From IMG/VR virus record IMGVR_UViG_3300028242_000098: a DNA stretch of 35,301 nucleotides; one strand, written 5' to 3'. The position numbers and the translations under genes were made by a program. This stretch comes from a virus. Below are positions 1 to 9,085 of the stretch, piece after piece (positions within the stretch are counted from its first letter, which is position 1; every line of letters begins with the position of its first letter). The notes under the pieces are model-generated. The model had not been told where the DNA came from. It saw only the letters and a list, made by a program, of their open reading frames with translations, and did not search any database.

Positions 1-943
1 TAGCATACACCGTACATTACCAACAAAATTTAATTAATTAGACAAATTATTTTGAAAAAACTACGAACAATTCGTATAAAACGTATGATATTGTTCGCAA
101 CCTTATCATTTTGAACTACTAAACTCTGATAAAAAATTTATTTTTTGGCAATAATAAAATTTTTGGAACACAAGTATTAGACAAGATACTCTCACCATAT
201 AAACAGCATAATAAAAAATATAATAAAAAAATATTAGAGGGAACATATATCAATTGCTGTTGACTATGATTTTGATTTATGAGAATGACCAAATTTTGTT
301 ACAATTTTTTGTCACATTGTTTATAGAAATTTCCAAAAATACATGCCTTATGGACACAAAATTTTTTCAAAAAACTGAACAAAATAACAATAAAAAAATA
401 GATAGTAATGTTTATATACAAAAACTAATAAACTATGATTAGCCATTACCAAATGAAAGCAATTTTACGAAGTGAAAGCAATTTTTCACACTCGTACAAC
501 TTTTTTTTGGTGAAGGCTAAAAAACAATTTAGTGAGGTAAATTATCAAAAAAAAGTAATGCGAAGAAACAGATCATAAAAAAAGGATTATAAAAAAAATT
601 TGTAATGAATAACGAGCTATAAATTTTTTAATATAATCCTTGGGTCAGTAAAGAAAAATAAAAATAGTTAAACAGAGCCGACAAACTTTGTTAAAAATTA
701 ATACTTTCCAAAACTTAACCCAATATCTAGTTTATTTTAAGGAATATATAAAGATTATTAAACCAAATAAAGTACAACTTATCTTATTCTAAATATTCGG
801 TAACGAAAGGAAACTTGATTTTATCTAAATACTATTTTTATTTTTTAATTGTCTGACCCGAATGATTTTGAGATTTTCGAAGAATTGCTCTCGATTAATT
901 GTTCAGATTGATGAGAGTGTGAAAGAATGGAGACATCAAAACC

Positions 944-1105
944 ATGTATGGACAAATAAGACCAATGCCCAAGGAAGTGATTATTTCAAATAACTTCCAG
1001 GCACTAGAGGAAGCCATTGCTGAAATTTCTGAAACTGAAAACATCAGCAATGAAAAGGAATTCTTTGATTTGTACGAAATCAAGATAATGAAACTGGATC
1101 AATAG
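944..1105 (+). CDS. Small acidic hypothetical protein (53 aa, MYGQIRPMPKEVIISNNFQALEE...)
   Basis: Hand-translated ORF below the track cutoff; co-oriented with the early operon; the track ORF 895..1083(-) is probably its antisense shadow. Confidence 0.4.
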   Translation: MYGQIRPMPKEVIISNNFQALEEAIAEISETENISNEKEFFDLYEIKIMKLDQ

Positions 1106-1163
1106 CTTTAGTCCAGTAGACTGTTGAATTAAATATTAAAAACATTAACGGAGCCGACAAACA

Positions 1164-1268
1164 ATGATAGAACAAGATGTAAACGGTGTACCCCATGTTT
1201 TAGTACCAAAAGAGGCATGGGAAATTGTATCTGAAGTTTTTAGTAAACTCGACGAGATAGGTGAATAG
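1164..1268 (+). CDS. Micro-protein (34 aa, MIEQDVNGVPHVLVPKEAWEIVSEVFSKLDEIGE)
   Basis: GGAG upstream; protein-like composition; first of a tightly packed ORF chain. Confidence 0.45.
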   Translation: MIEQDVNGVPHVLVPKEAWEIVSEVFSKLDEIGE

Positions 1269-1324
1269 AAAATGAATAGCTATTGCCTATTTGAAGGACA
1301 TTGCATTAATGAGGTTGATAAAAC

Positions 1325-1627
1325 ATGACAACCTCAATTAATCAATTTGAAGATAACTTCCATGGCATTTTAACCCACAGTGGAGAAATCAAAATTGCCA
1401 AAGGTGATGTTGAACATGAAATCCTCTACATTGACGATGATGGAATCATATTGGTGGATGGTGGAAAAAAAGCATACCAAACACTAATACACTCCAAACT
1501 ATTGTCTTTAATAGAATATGCAACTGAAGGAGATACCGCATTAGTCAAATTCATAAGAGGAAAAGCGTTTATTGTCGGATTTAGGAAAAACAAGAGGGAG
1601 GACAAATATGGAAAAAACAATTCTTGA
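1325..1627 (+). CDS. Hypothetical early protein (100 aa)
   Basis: GAGGT upstream; ATGA overlap with the preceding micro-ORF; overlaps the next gene. Confidence 0.7.
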   Translation: MTTSINQFEDNFHGILTHSGEIKIAKGDVEHEILYIDDDGIILVDGGKKAYQTLIHSKLLSLIEYATEGDTALVKFIRGKAFIVGFRKNKREDKYGKNNS

Positions 1628-1832
1628 AATGCAAGGAAACCTTGACGAGGGACATTACATTGCATTCATATCTGAAAATGACAATCCATACTGTGTAGCA
1701 TTGAAATCAGATGAATTGAATTTCCTAGACGATAAAACAGTAGTAATTCGTAAAAAAGGAGGAAAATCTAAAATAATTAACTTGAACTTAATTATTGAAA
1801 TCTGCATCAGGAGGTTTGGCCAGTATGCCTAA
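1608..1832 (+). CDS. Hypothetical early protein (74 aa from ATG 1608)
   Basis: GGGAGG RBS before ATG 1608, preferred over the track start at 1572. Confidence 0.7.
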   Translation: MEKTILEMQGNLDEGHYIAFISENDNPYCVALKSDELNFLDDKTVVIRKKGGKSKIINLNLIIEICIRRFGQYA

Positions 1833-1959
1833 ACCTGCAAGATTATATCCAAAACCGGAACCAATGAACATTAATCCGAAATTAATTTTTATTGGAAGTA
1901 TGGTATTTGCAATAGTAATTGGATGGATAGGAATTGCAACAAGCACAGGAGGAGTATAA
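1825..1959 (+). CDS. Small single-pass membrane protein (44 aa, MPKPARLYPKPEPMNINPKLIFIGSMVFAIVIGWIGIATSTGGV)
   Basis: AGGAGG RBS; hydrophobic stretch; fills the gap between two operon genes. Confidence 0.65.
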   Translation: MPKPARLYPKPEPMNINPKLIFIGSMVFAIVIGWIGIATSTGGV

Positions 1960-1992
1960 TTGAACTCCTCCAAACAACATGATGGTGATAAA

Positions 1993-2553
1993 ATGGTAAA
2001 AGCCGAAATTATAGAAAGCCCAGAAGTTTCCAAAGAAACTGAATTAATAGCTACCGATAATGTCCCTAATGTCGATGTAGCTATTGAACAATGGGACGCT
2101 TATCAAAAACTCTGTAAAGGGTTACTAAATGAAACTGACTATCAAGAAATTATAGTTAAAGAAAAAGATGAGAATGGAAACTACATTAAAGTGAAAAGAC
2201 ACTTCAAGAAAAAATCAGCATGGCAAAAACTCTCACGTGCATTCAATGTTGACACTACCATTGTTGATCGTGAAATTGAAAGAACAAAAATGGGAAGAGT
2301 CAAAGAAGCCTACTACTGCGTCAGGGCAACATTACCTAACGGCCGTAGTGTAGAATCAGATGCATTATGCTCCAGGTCTGAAAAAGGAAAAGACAAAGTC
2401 TCAGACCATACAATAATGAGTACAGCAAAGACACGTGCAACCAACCGTGCAATAGCCGAACTGATTGGAGCAGGTGAAACATCAGCAGAAGAAATGACAG
2501 CAGAAAAGATTACAGGACAATCAAAATTTTTAAAAGAGGGTAACACCTCTTAA
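1993..2553 (+). CDS. Single-strand annealing protein (Rad52/Sak/RecT-like annealase)
   Basis: KKSAWQKL...GRSVESDALCSRSE...AKTRATNRAIAELIGAGETSAEEM resembles phage annealase cores; GGTGA RBS before ATG 1993; upstream of the helicase. Confidence 0.65.
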   Translation: MVKAEIIESPEVSKETELIATDNVPNVDVAIEQWDAYQKLCKGLLNETDYQEIIVKEKDENGNYIKVKRHFKKKSAWQKLSRAFNVDTTIVDREIERTKMGRVKEAYYCVRATLPNGRSVESDALCSRSEKGKDKVSDHTIMSTAKTRATNRAIAELIGAGETSAEEMTAEKITGQSKFLKEGNTS

Positions 2554-2578
2554 AATATTTTTTTAGGAGAAAATTAAA

Positions 2579-3082
2579 ATGAGTTTTAAAAATACTAAAC
2601 AGACAATATTCACAGGTACAGAACTTGACTTTGAAGAAATCGTGGAAATCCCTGAAGGATATGAAAAAGCAGAACTTAGAGACTTTGAAGATGGAACACT
2701 CATCACCGGAAGACCTGAAATGTCTTCAGTTACATCATACACTTTCGATGATGACGGCGAGGAAAAAACCGTTAACCGTTTTAAATTATTCATCTTCAAA
2801 GATGATGAAAAAATATACGTTGAAATAAACGTCAACCTCAAAAACGACGGAGACCTTCACAAAAACATCAGAAAAGGAAGCGTACTCTTTGACTTCATAA
2901 CATCCATTCTTGAATTGGAAAATGCAGGTTCAGTAGGAAGATCAAATATCTTAAGGAATGTTAACCTTGCTGAGTATAGGGAATTCGTAAACAGATTAGG
3001 TGAAATGACAATACAGGTCAAAGAGAAATCCGGAACATATATCTATTACAGTTTCCTTGTACGTGACGTTCAGGTAAAATAA
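2579..3082 (+). CDS. Acidic beta-rich protein, possible ssDNA-binding protein
   Basis: AGGAG RBS; lies between annealase and helicase; function inferred from position only. Confidence 0.4.
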   Translation: MSFKNTKQTIFTGTELDFEEIVEIPEGYEKAELRDFEDGTLITGRPEMSSVTSYTFDDDGEEKTVNRFKLFIFKDDEKIYVEINVNLKNDGDLHKNIRKGSVLFDFITSILELENAGSVGRSNILRNVNLAEYREFVNRLGEMTIQVKEKSGTYIYYSFLVRDVQVK

Positions 3083-3094
3083 GCAGGTGTATGA

Positions 3095-4789
3095 ATGAGT
3101 AATGTAGCTGAATTACCGACAAAGGATACAATAACACTCATTATCAACAGAGACAATGTTGATAAGGTCACATATGTATTTAAAAACAGATATGGTAATA
3201 AGATTGGAGAATACTTGAATAAATCTCCAGCTACATTATCTTCCCAAAGTAATGTCGCAAGACAGTTCAAACAAATTGTAAATCCTAAAGGAGATCTCAA
3301 ACCAAGACAGGTCAACAACCAGTTCGCAGAACTAAAACAACTATTGCAGCTCAACTATGAAAATGAGTTATCTGTTATCGAGCAGGAAATAGCTGATAAA
3401 AAACAGGCCGAGCAGGAAAAGGATGCATCCAAATTAAAGGAAGCTAACACAAAACTTCAATCTCTAAGCTGTCCTTTAATTTATATTGGCAGTCTTGTTG
3501 AATGGTTTACAGCAGGTGAACGAAACAACATAATGTATGCATTTACTGTATATGCGGGACAAGTAATTCTCAAAAATCCGGTTTCTGTAATATGTCTTGG
3601 CGAAGCAAGCAGCGGCAAATCACACATACAGGAAACCGCATTGAAACTGATTCCCAAAAGGTTTGTTGTCAATGAAAAAAAGATTACTGAAGCTGCACTC
3701 TTCAACCGTGCCAAAAAGGACAGGTACTTCTATGACGGAATGATTGTCAACTACGGTGATATGGGTGGAAGCAATGACCATGAATTTATGGAGGAGTCCA
3801 AAAACCTCATGAAGGAACTTCAGTCAGACGGATTTCTAAACAAGCCATTAAACATTCCGGACGGTGAAGGCGGATGGGATGTAAAAGATCTGGAGCTTGA
3901 AGGAAAGCCATGTCTGACATACACTACTGTACCTAATCATTATTTTGATGATCAGGAAATGAGCAGAAGTATCTTTATCACACCAAGAATGGACAATCAG
4001 AAAATCTTCAACAGAAGAAAAAGCGCACTTGAATTCAAGCACGGCAAAAGTTACAGAATATTAAAACAATACGAAAAGGAAGCAGAACTCATACCATACA
4101 TGCTTTTGCACCTAAAGGAGATTTTTGAAAATACTACTGTAATAAATCCCTATGTTCATTTTGTCATAGACTTTTTAAAGAATTCATCTTTTTATAAAAG
4201 GGATTTTGACAAGTTCAATGGGTTACTCAAAACAATAACTGCCCTGAACTACTATAATCATAAAGTCTATGATGTTGACGGAAAAAAGGTAGTGCTTACA
4301 AATATCGCTGATGTGCAATTGTTTATGAGTCTGCTCAGGCCATATAAAGAAAGCATATCAGCAAACCTTGCACCTAAAGCTGTTGAAGTCCTAAACGATA
4401 TCCGAAACAATATTGAGGACTGGAAACTTTCAAAGGACAGGGAAGTGCTGAACATGGGAATTACAACCAACGATTATTTCGCACTTCAAAATCTCGGACT
4501 GAGCAAGGCATCTGCAAGGAAATACATGTATGAACTGGCAGATAAGGGATTTCTTCAGGTTACCGACCAGTCAGGAAGATCCAACATATATGACCTTGCA
4601 AAAAGTGAAGTGGAATCCATAAGTTATGATTTAAAGCATATGGATGATTCTGTGTATAATGATATCTGCTATGAGATTGGTGAGTGGGTTGTAGACATTA
4701 TGAAGGAAGATAAATTTATTGAGGGGTTAAGTATAATGAATTTTGATTCAGATATTAGAAAGCCGATATGGATTGGTAAAAAAAACTAA
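3095..4789 (+). CDS. AAA+ P-loop ATPase, probable MCM-like replicative helicase with C-terminal winged helix
   Basis: Walker A GEASSGKS after a hydrophobic strand; DQEMSRSIFI arginine-finger-like motif; C-terminal LSKASARKYMYELADKGFL wHTH-like motif; no primase domain seen. Confidence 0.7.
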   Translation: MSNVAELPTKDTITLIINRDNVDKVTYVFKNRYGNKIGEYLNKSPATLSSQSNVARQFKQIVNPKGDLKPRQVNNQFAELKQLLQLNYENELSVIEQEIADKKQAEQEKDASKLKEANTKLQSLSCPLIYIGSLVEWFTAGERNNIMYAFTVYAGQVILKNPVSVICLGEASSGKSHIQETALKLIPKRFVVNEKKITEAALFNRAKKDRYFYDGMIVNYGDMGGSNDHEFMEESKNLMKELQSDGFLNKPLNIPDGEGGWDVKDLELEGKPCLTYTTVPNHYFDDQEMSRSIFITPRMDNQKIFNRRKSALEFKHGKSYRILKQYEKEAELIPYMLLHLKEIFENTTVINPYVHFVIDFLKNSSFYKRDFDKFNGLLKTITALNYYNHKVYDVDGKKVVLTNIADVQLFMSLLRPYKESISANLAPKAVEVLNDIRNNIEDWKLSKDREVLNMGITTNDYFALQNLGLSKASARKYMYELADKGFLQVTDQSGRSNIYDLAKSEVESISYDLKHMDDSVYNDICYEIGEWVVDIMKEDKFIEGLSIMNFDSDIRKPIWIGKKN

Positions 4790-5150
4790 AAAAACCAAAA
4801 AACCTTGAAAACTAAAAAACTTAAAAAACCATGTAAACTTATAAAAACTTTTTGAAAAGTTTTTTAAAAAAACTGTTTAGAATTGTTTTTAGTTTGATTT
4901 AAGAATTTTACTTTGGTTTTGGTAAGGTGGTTTTTACAAAAAACTTAAGGTTCTGGATATGAGCGGGGGCAATGTTTAACAAGTTGCCCCGCTTAGTCTG
5001 GAAAAATTTGGTTTTTTAAAAAATCAATTCTCAGAAACATTCTCTAAATTCTTATTTTTTAATTTAAAGGATTTTAAGAAGTTTTTAAAAAAACCATCAA
5101 AAAAGTTTACAGGAGTTTTTATGGTTTTTATGGTTTTTATAAAAATGCGA
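4790..5150. other. Candidate replication origin
   Basis: Non-coding; phased AAAAAC(C/T) and (A/G)GTTTTT tracts in both orientations around a GC-rich hairpin at 4961-4994; directly downstream of the helicase. Confidence 0.45.
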
Positions 5151-5155
5151 TTTAT

Positions 5156-5473
5156 ATGACATCTATAAGACAACAGATAATCAAAGCAAAAAAGGAAAAG
5201 CGAGAACGGGAGGAAGATATGTGGTTTGTAGATTACTGCAATAACTGTAAGACCGGTTTGGCTTTTAAAAATGATGTGCCCTGCCATCATCCATATTACT
5301 GCTGGCATGAAGGCGAATCAGCTATTGTACAGGCCGAGATTGTTAGAATAGATGAATACCGAAGACTGCATGGGCATGTCACATCACAGATGTATTATGA
5401 GTATAAAGAGTTAAGAAAAAGGCAAAGGCAATTGATATGGCGAGGCAGAAGAGAATTACTGAGAGACAAATAG
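5156..5473 (+). CDS. Basic Cys/His-rich protein, possible zinc-binding regulator
   Basis: CNNC...CHHPYYC motif; Arg/Lys-rich ends; last gene of the + arm. Confidence 0.55.
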   Translation: MTSIRQQIIKAKKEKREREEDMWFVDYCNNCKTGLAFKNDVPCHHPYYCWHEGESAIVQAEIVRIDEYRRLHGHVTSQMYYEYKELRKRQRQLIWRGRRELLRDK

Positions 5474-5476
5474 CTA

Positions 5477-5566
5477 TTATGTGGAATACCCCCTGCTAAC
5501 ATTAACTCTTTTGTTTTGACTATTATTCATTACATCTTGAAATGCGACAACAGAATCTAGAAACTC
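5477..5566 (-). pseudogene. Decayed duplicate of the terL 3' end
   Basis: Translates EFL-DSVVAF-...SQNKRVNVSRGYST*, compared with TerL EFL...DCVVAF...QSQRVNVDRWYST*; 29/36 nt identical at 5477-5512 vs 6475-6510. Confidence 0.65.
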
Positions 5567-5644
5567 TTAATCTATTATGGAAATAAATAATATCTATTGG
5601 ATTTAAGAAAAATTAATTGTTTAAAAATTAGAAGAGTAATGATA

Positions 5645-5755
5645 AGTTAAATCAATGTCTATAACATGATAACATGCTTGAACAGATAGACATTGAGTTA
5701 AATTTACTTATACAAATAGAATTTAAGAACCCAAAGTGGACTTTAAACTCTAATG
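5645..5755 (-). ncRNA. Putative two-hairpin small RNA, copy 1
   Basis: TATA box at 5775-5782; stems at 5717-5752 and 5652-5696; A-C mismatches on + become G-U pairs on -; ends approximate. Confidence 0.6.
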
Positions 5756-5864
5756 AATATTATGAAATAGATTGTATATAAAACTAGCAGTATGCTTTAA
5801 TAAACAAACACACAATATGATAATTTTAAATAACACATAACAGCATAAAAAAATAAGTAGAAAG

Positions 5865-5980
5865 TTTGAATCAATGCCTACAACATGTTTGCACATGCTT
5901 GAGTAGGTAGACATCGATTAAATCCATTCATTTAAATTTTAGAATTTAAGTACCCAGAAAGTGGATTTTAAACTCTAATG
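5865..5980 (-). ncRNA. Putative two-hairpin small RNA, copy 2
   Basis: TATA box at 6000-6007; stems at 5939-5978 and 5871-5917; GCAA tetraloop and G-U pairs on -; structure conserved despite substitutions relative to copy 1. Confidence 0.6.
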
Positions 5981-6027
5981 AATATTATGAAATAAATTAT
6001 ATATAAAGTTTATTGTTTTTTAATTTA

Positions 6028-6128
6028 TAAATTGCAGGAAGTGCCCATTACAAATAAACAAACCCAAACATAACCCGTTAAGGCTATCGATAAACAATCA
6101 TCATAATATTGAAGATTCCTGCAATTTA
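6028..6128. repeat. Perfect 13-bp inverted repeat enclosing a 75-nt A/C-rich spacer
   Basis: TAAATTGCAGGAA (6028-6040) / TTCCTGCAATTTA (6116-6128). Confidence 0.8.
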
Positions 6129-6154
6129 AAGGAGAAATCATTTATGACATCGGA

Positions 6155-6346
6155 TTAATTATAAATAATCCATATGATGACAAATGCCAGACACCACGTT
6201 ATGATGGTGTATATGAGCATTGCGACCCAAAGTTTTCTTTGGATACTCATAAGGATTCCCCCATTTAAATGAATGGATTTGCCAATAGGAGAGTTCATTA
6301 AAACTGTTGTTTTAAATTCCCCCATAGGCAATATTATTCTACTCAT
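6155..6346 (-). CDS. Small membrane protein with one C-terminal TM helix; an internal start would give a 31-aa peptide
   Basis: GGGAGGTGG RBS before ATG 6346; GGGGGA before the internal MSIQRKLWVAML...; hydrophobic C-terminus. Confidence 0.55.
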   Translation of the reverse strand: MSRIILPMGEFKTTVLMNSPIGKSIHLNGGILMSIQRKLWVAMLIYTIITWCLAFVIIWIIYN

Positions 6347-6474
6347 TATAATACCACCTCCCATTGGTCAAGAGTTTGATTACATATACTATTTAATTTA
6401 ATAGAATATATATTTTATTTGTTGGATTCCCAAAGCAAGATTGCTTTATACTTGAAATCTTAATTACTCAACTG

Positions 6475-7893
6475 TCATGTGGAATACCACCTATCCACAT
6501 TAACTCTTTGACTTTGAGTTTCTGAAGTTATTTTTTCATAAGCACCAGTGAATGCCACTACACAGTCATCGTGGATAGCTTCATTGGGATATGCAGTTAT
6601 TTTTTCCAGAAATTCCATAGCCCATTTTTTCGTAAACCCTGTTCTATCCCTCCCAACAAGGAATATTCCATTCTTCTGAATATCGGCTGAAACTCTTCTT
6701 GCCCTATCAATTTTGTTTTCTCTTGAGTTACCAGTGCCTGTGCTGAATCCTCTTCTATTTAACTCATCTATAATTAATAATCCGAAGTTTTTACCTGTAC
6801 TGCCGTCTAATTCTATATACTGTATATCTGACTTGTCACGTGCTGCAGTATTGATTATTTCATTGATCAAGTTTCTTGACTCAAGCTGAAATTCATATGA
6901 ATCCAAAATGTAAATGTTACCGGATAGATCTTTAGCTAACATGACTCCCGCAGTATAATCTGGATCACTGCCTTTCAGTTTGTCATCATTCAATACTTCA
7001 GTAGCTGCTAAATCCCAATATCTGATGACTTTAACGATTGGTATTTTCATGTATTCATCATGAGAGATTAGGTGGAAGTCTGATTCATCGAATAGCTGAC
7101 CTTTAACACTTGCATACCAGTTACCGTTCATTAACTGTTCTCTTGTAACTCTATCCAATCCCATTAAGTATTCTTCATAGTCCTTGCGGTCTAAATATAT
7201 ATTATCCAAATAGCTAGAGCTAATGAATCTGATTTGTGATTTGTCCTGAATATCTTCATCAATCTTTTCTATGAATCTTTCTCTTACCCATTTGTTTCCA
7301 CGCTTGCCAGGATTGCTTGAGCACATTAACTGTGTTGGAAGCTTATTGTCTTTTGTTTTCCTTACACGAGAACGCATATAAATATATTTGAATCTCTCCA
7401 ATTGTGTAAGCTCATCTATTCCAATGAATTGATATTCAGAACCCTGATAAGTATCCAAGTCATTAATGTTTCTCAAATATCCAAAAGTTAAAGAATTACC
7501 ATTTGGAAATGTCCATGAATGTTCTGTTCCATCCCACTTTGGTTTGATAGCTGAATTATTTTGAATCTCCTTTCTATTTAACCATTGACTTGCTTTGTGA
7601 ATTAAAGCTCCTTTACGTTTCAAGTCAGATAAAGTACGTCTCAATATTAACGCATGATATTCATTGACATCATCCTGAACATAAAACAAAGATCTCATTA
7701 AAAGACTGGTTGATTTACTTCCTCCAGCTGCACCTCCAATCAAAACTTCCTTTTCTGTAGCTAATATCATTTCTGCTTGCTTTGGAAATGGACTGAAGGG
7801 TATATATGGATTTTCATATACACACTTCTGAAGAATAGCTTTATCTTTAGCATCTAAATAGAATTGGTTGTTTTCATCATACATTATTATCAT
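6475..7893 (-). CDS. terL: Terminase large subunit
   Basis: Walker A GGAAGGSKS, Walker B FIGIDELTQ, SSNPG coupling motif, RNase H-like nuclease YWDLAA...DYTAG...HDDCV. Confidence 0.95.
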   Translation of the reverse strand: MIIMYDENNQFYLDAKDKAILQKCVYENPYIPFSPFPKQAEMILATEKEVLIGGAAGGSKSTSLLMRSLFYVQDDVNEYHALILRRTLSDLKRKGALIHKASQWLNRKEIQNNSAIKPKWDGTEHSWTFPNGNSLTFGYLRNINDLDTYQGSEYQFIGIDELTQLERFKYIYMRSRVRKTKDNKLPTQLMCSSNPGKRGNKWVRERFIEKIDEDIQDKSQIRFISSSYLDNIYLDRKDYEEYLMGLDRVTREQLMNGNWYASVKGQLFDESDFHLISHDEYMKIPIVKVIRYWDLAATEVLNDDKLKGSDPDYTAGVMLAKDLSGNIYILDSYEFQLESRNLINEIINTAARDKSDIQYIELDGSTGKNFGLLIIDELNRRGFSTGTGNSRENKIDRARRVSADIQKNGIFLVGRDRTGFTKKWAMEFLEKITAYPNEAIHDDCVVAFTGAYEKITSETQSQRVNVDRWYST

Positions 7894-8686
7894 CTATTTG
7901 TTTTGCAAGGATTTCAATTTCATTCATAATGTCTTTTTGTGAGATTTCAATTTTCTTATCTTCAAGTTCAAGAACTCTGTTTTTGAATAGTCTGTCCATT
8001 TCATCTTTGAATAATCTGTTTTTAGCTTCAAATGCTTTAACAGATAATTCCAGATATCTGATTTTGAGTTCTGTAATATCAATTAGATATCTTGCCAAAC
8101 TTTTTTCATTAGCATTGTACCTTACTTCCTGGTCGAGTTTAGCAAAGTCAATTTCAAGACCAACTGCATTTTTAGTAATCTTATCTAAGTTGTCAAGACC
8201 TGTTTTAATGTCAGTGACCTGTTGCTGAAGTATTGTATCAATAGCTAAATCAATATTGTCTGAATGAATTTCATTATCTATTATTTGGCCTTGAGCAATA
8301 GCTCTGTTTGTTAAAGCTTTCTTGTCTTTTGCTCTTGGGTCTTTTTCCTCATAAAGTAAATGATATTTCTTTTTGAATCTTGAGAATGTTGATCTGCTTA
8401 CTTCAAATTCATGTTCGTCAGCCAGCCATCTTCTGACATTGGCATCTGTTGCTCCGGAAGTTTTCATAGTTATTATTTCATCCAATAATGTTTCCAGGAA
8501 ATCATTTTTTGTCAGATTAAGTTTAGCTTTGAATTTCCTATAGGTAATGTCTGCAACATCTCTGTCATATTTTGTTTTTAGAAGTTCTCGAACCTCATTG
8601 TTGCTCATTCCCTTCTTACAACAATTTATGATTTCACGTTCGTGCTTTTCCAAAAAATAGATTATATCAGAATTTCCTTGACCCAT
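7877..8686 (-). CDS. terS: Probable terminase small subunit (two HTH-like repeats plus coiled coil)
   Basis: Overlaps the terL start; repeats NEVRELLKTKYDRDVADITYRKFK and ANVRRWLADEHEFEVSRSTFSRFK; helical C-terminus. Confidence 0.65.
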   Translation of the reverse strand: MGQGNSDIIYFLEKHEREIINCCKKGMSNNEVRELLKTKYDRDVADITYRKFKAKLNLTKNDFLETLLDEIITMKTSGATDANVRRWLADEHEFEVSRSTFSRFKKKYHLLYEEKDPRAKDKKALTNRAIAQGQIIDNEIHSDNIDLAIDTILQQQVTDIKTGLDNLDKITKNAVGLEIDFAKLDQEVRYNANEKSLARYLIDITELKIRYLELSVKAFEAKNRLFKDEMDRLFKNRVLELEDKKIEISQKDIMNEIEILAKQIDDNNV

Positions 8687-8696
8687 AGGTTCCCTC

Positions 8697-8945
8697 CTAC
8701 AAATCTCTTAATTCTTTTTCCAACTGTTCCTTTTTGGCTTGGATGATTTTGTATTCGTTTTGTTTTATTAGTTTCTGAAGAACTGGATCACTGTCGATTA
8801 TTTCCATTGTTTCTTCTGCATCCCCGATAGCTATCAGTTTTGCTCCAAGCTCGTAGGCATCTTTATGGTTGAAGGTTGATTCTTCTACTATTTTTTTGAG
8901 TGTTATATCCACTCTTGCGCTGATGTTGGTTTTTTCGGTTATCAT
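8697..8945 (-). CDS. Ribbon-helix-helix-like DNA-binding protein with coiled coil
   Basis: TNISARVDITLKKIVEESTFNHKDAYELGAKLI strand-helix-helix pattern; own TATA promoter. Confidence 0.5.
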   Translation of the reverse strand: MITEKTNISARVDITLKKIVEESTFNHKDAYELGAKLIAIGDAEETMEIIDSDPVLQKLIKQNEYKIIQAKKEQLEKELRDL

Positions 8946-9085
8946 AATACATATATTTATTATGTAATATATATAAAAGTTTATTATAAAAAAAATATAT
9001 AAGTAATAATAAAATTATTACTTACACGATACAAAATAAGTTTTTTTATTAAGAGCATTATCCTGGAGATTTATTTTTTGAAGTT

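Noticed and set aside
254-442. 62-aa ORF in the left flank
   Set aside because: TTG start, low-complexity A-rich sequence, no RBS or recognisable motif.
5652-6008. CRISPR mini-array or C/D-box sRNA reading of the tandem units
   Set aside because: The units are ~135 bp with their own promoters, not repeat-spacer structure, and no paired RUGAUGA/CUGA boxes are present.
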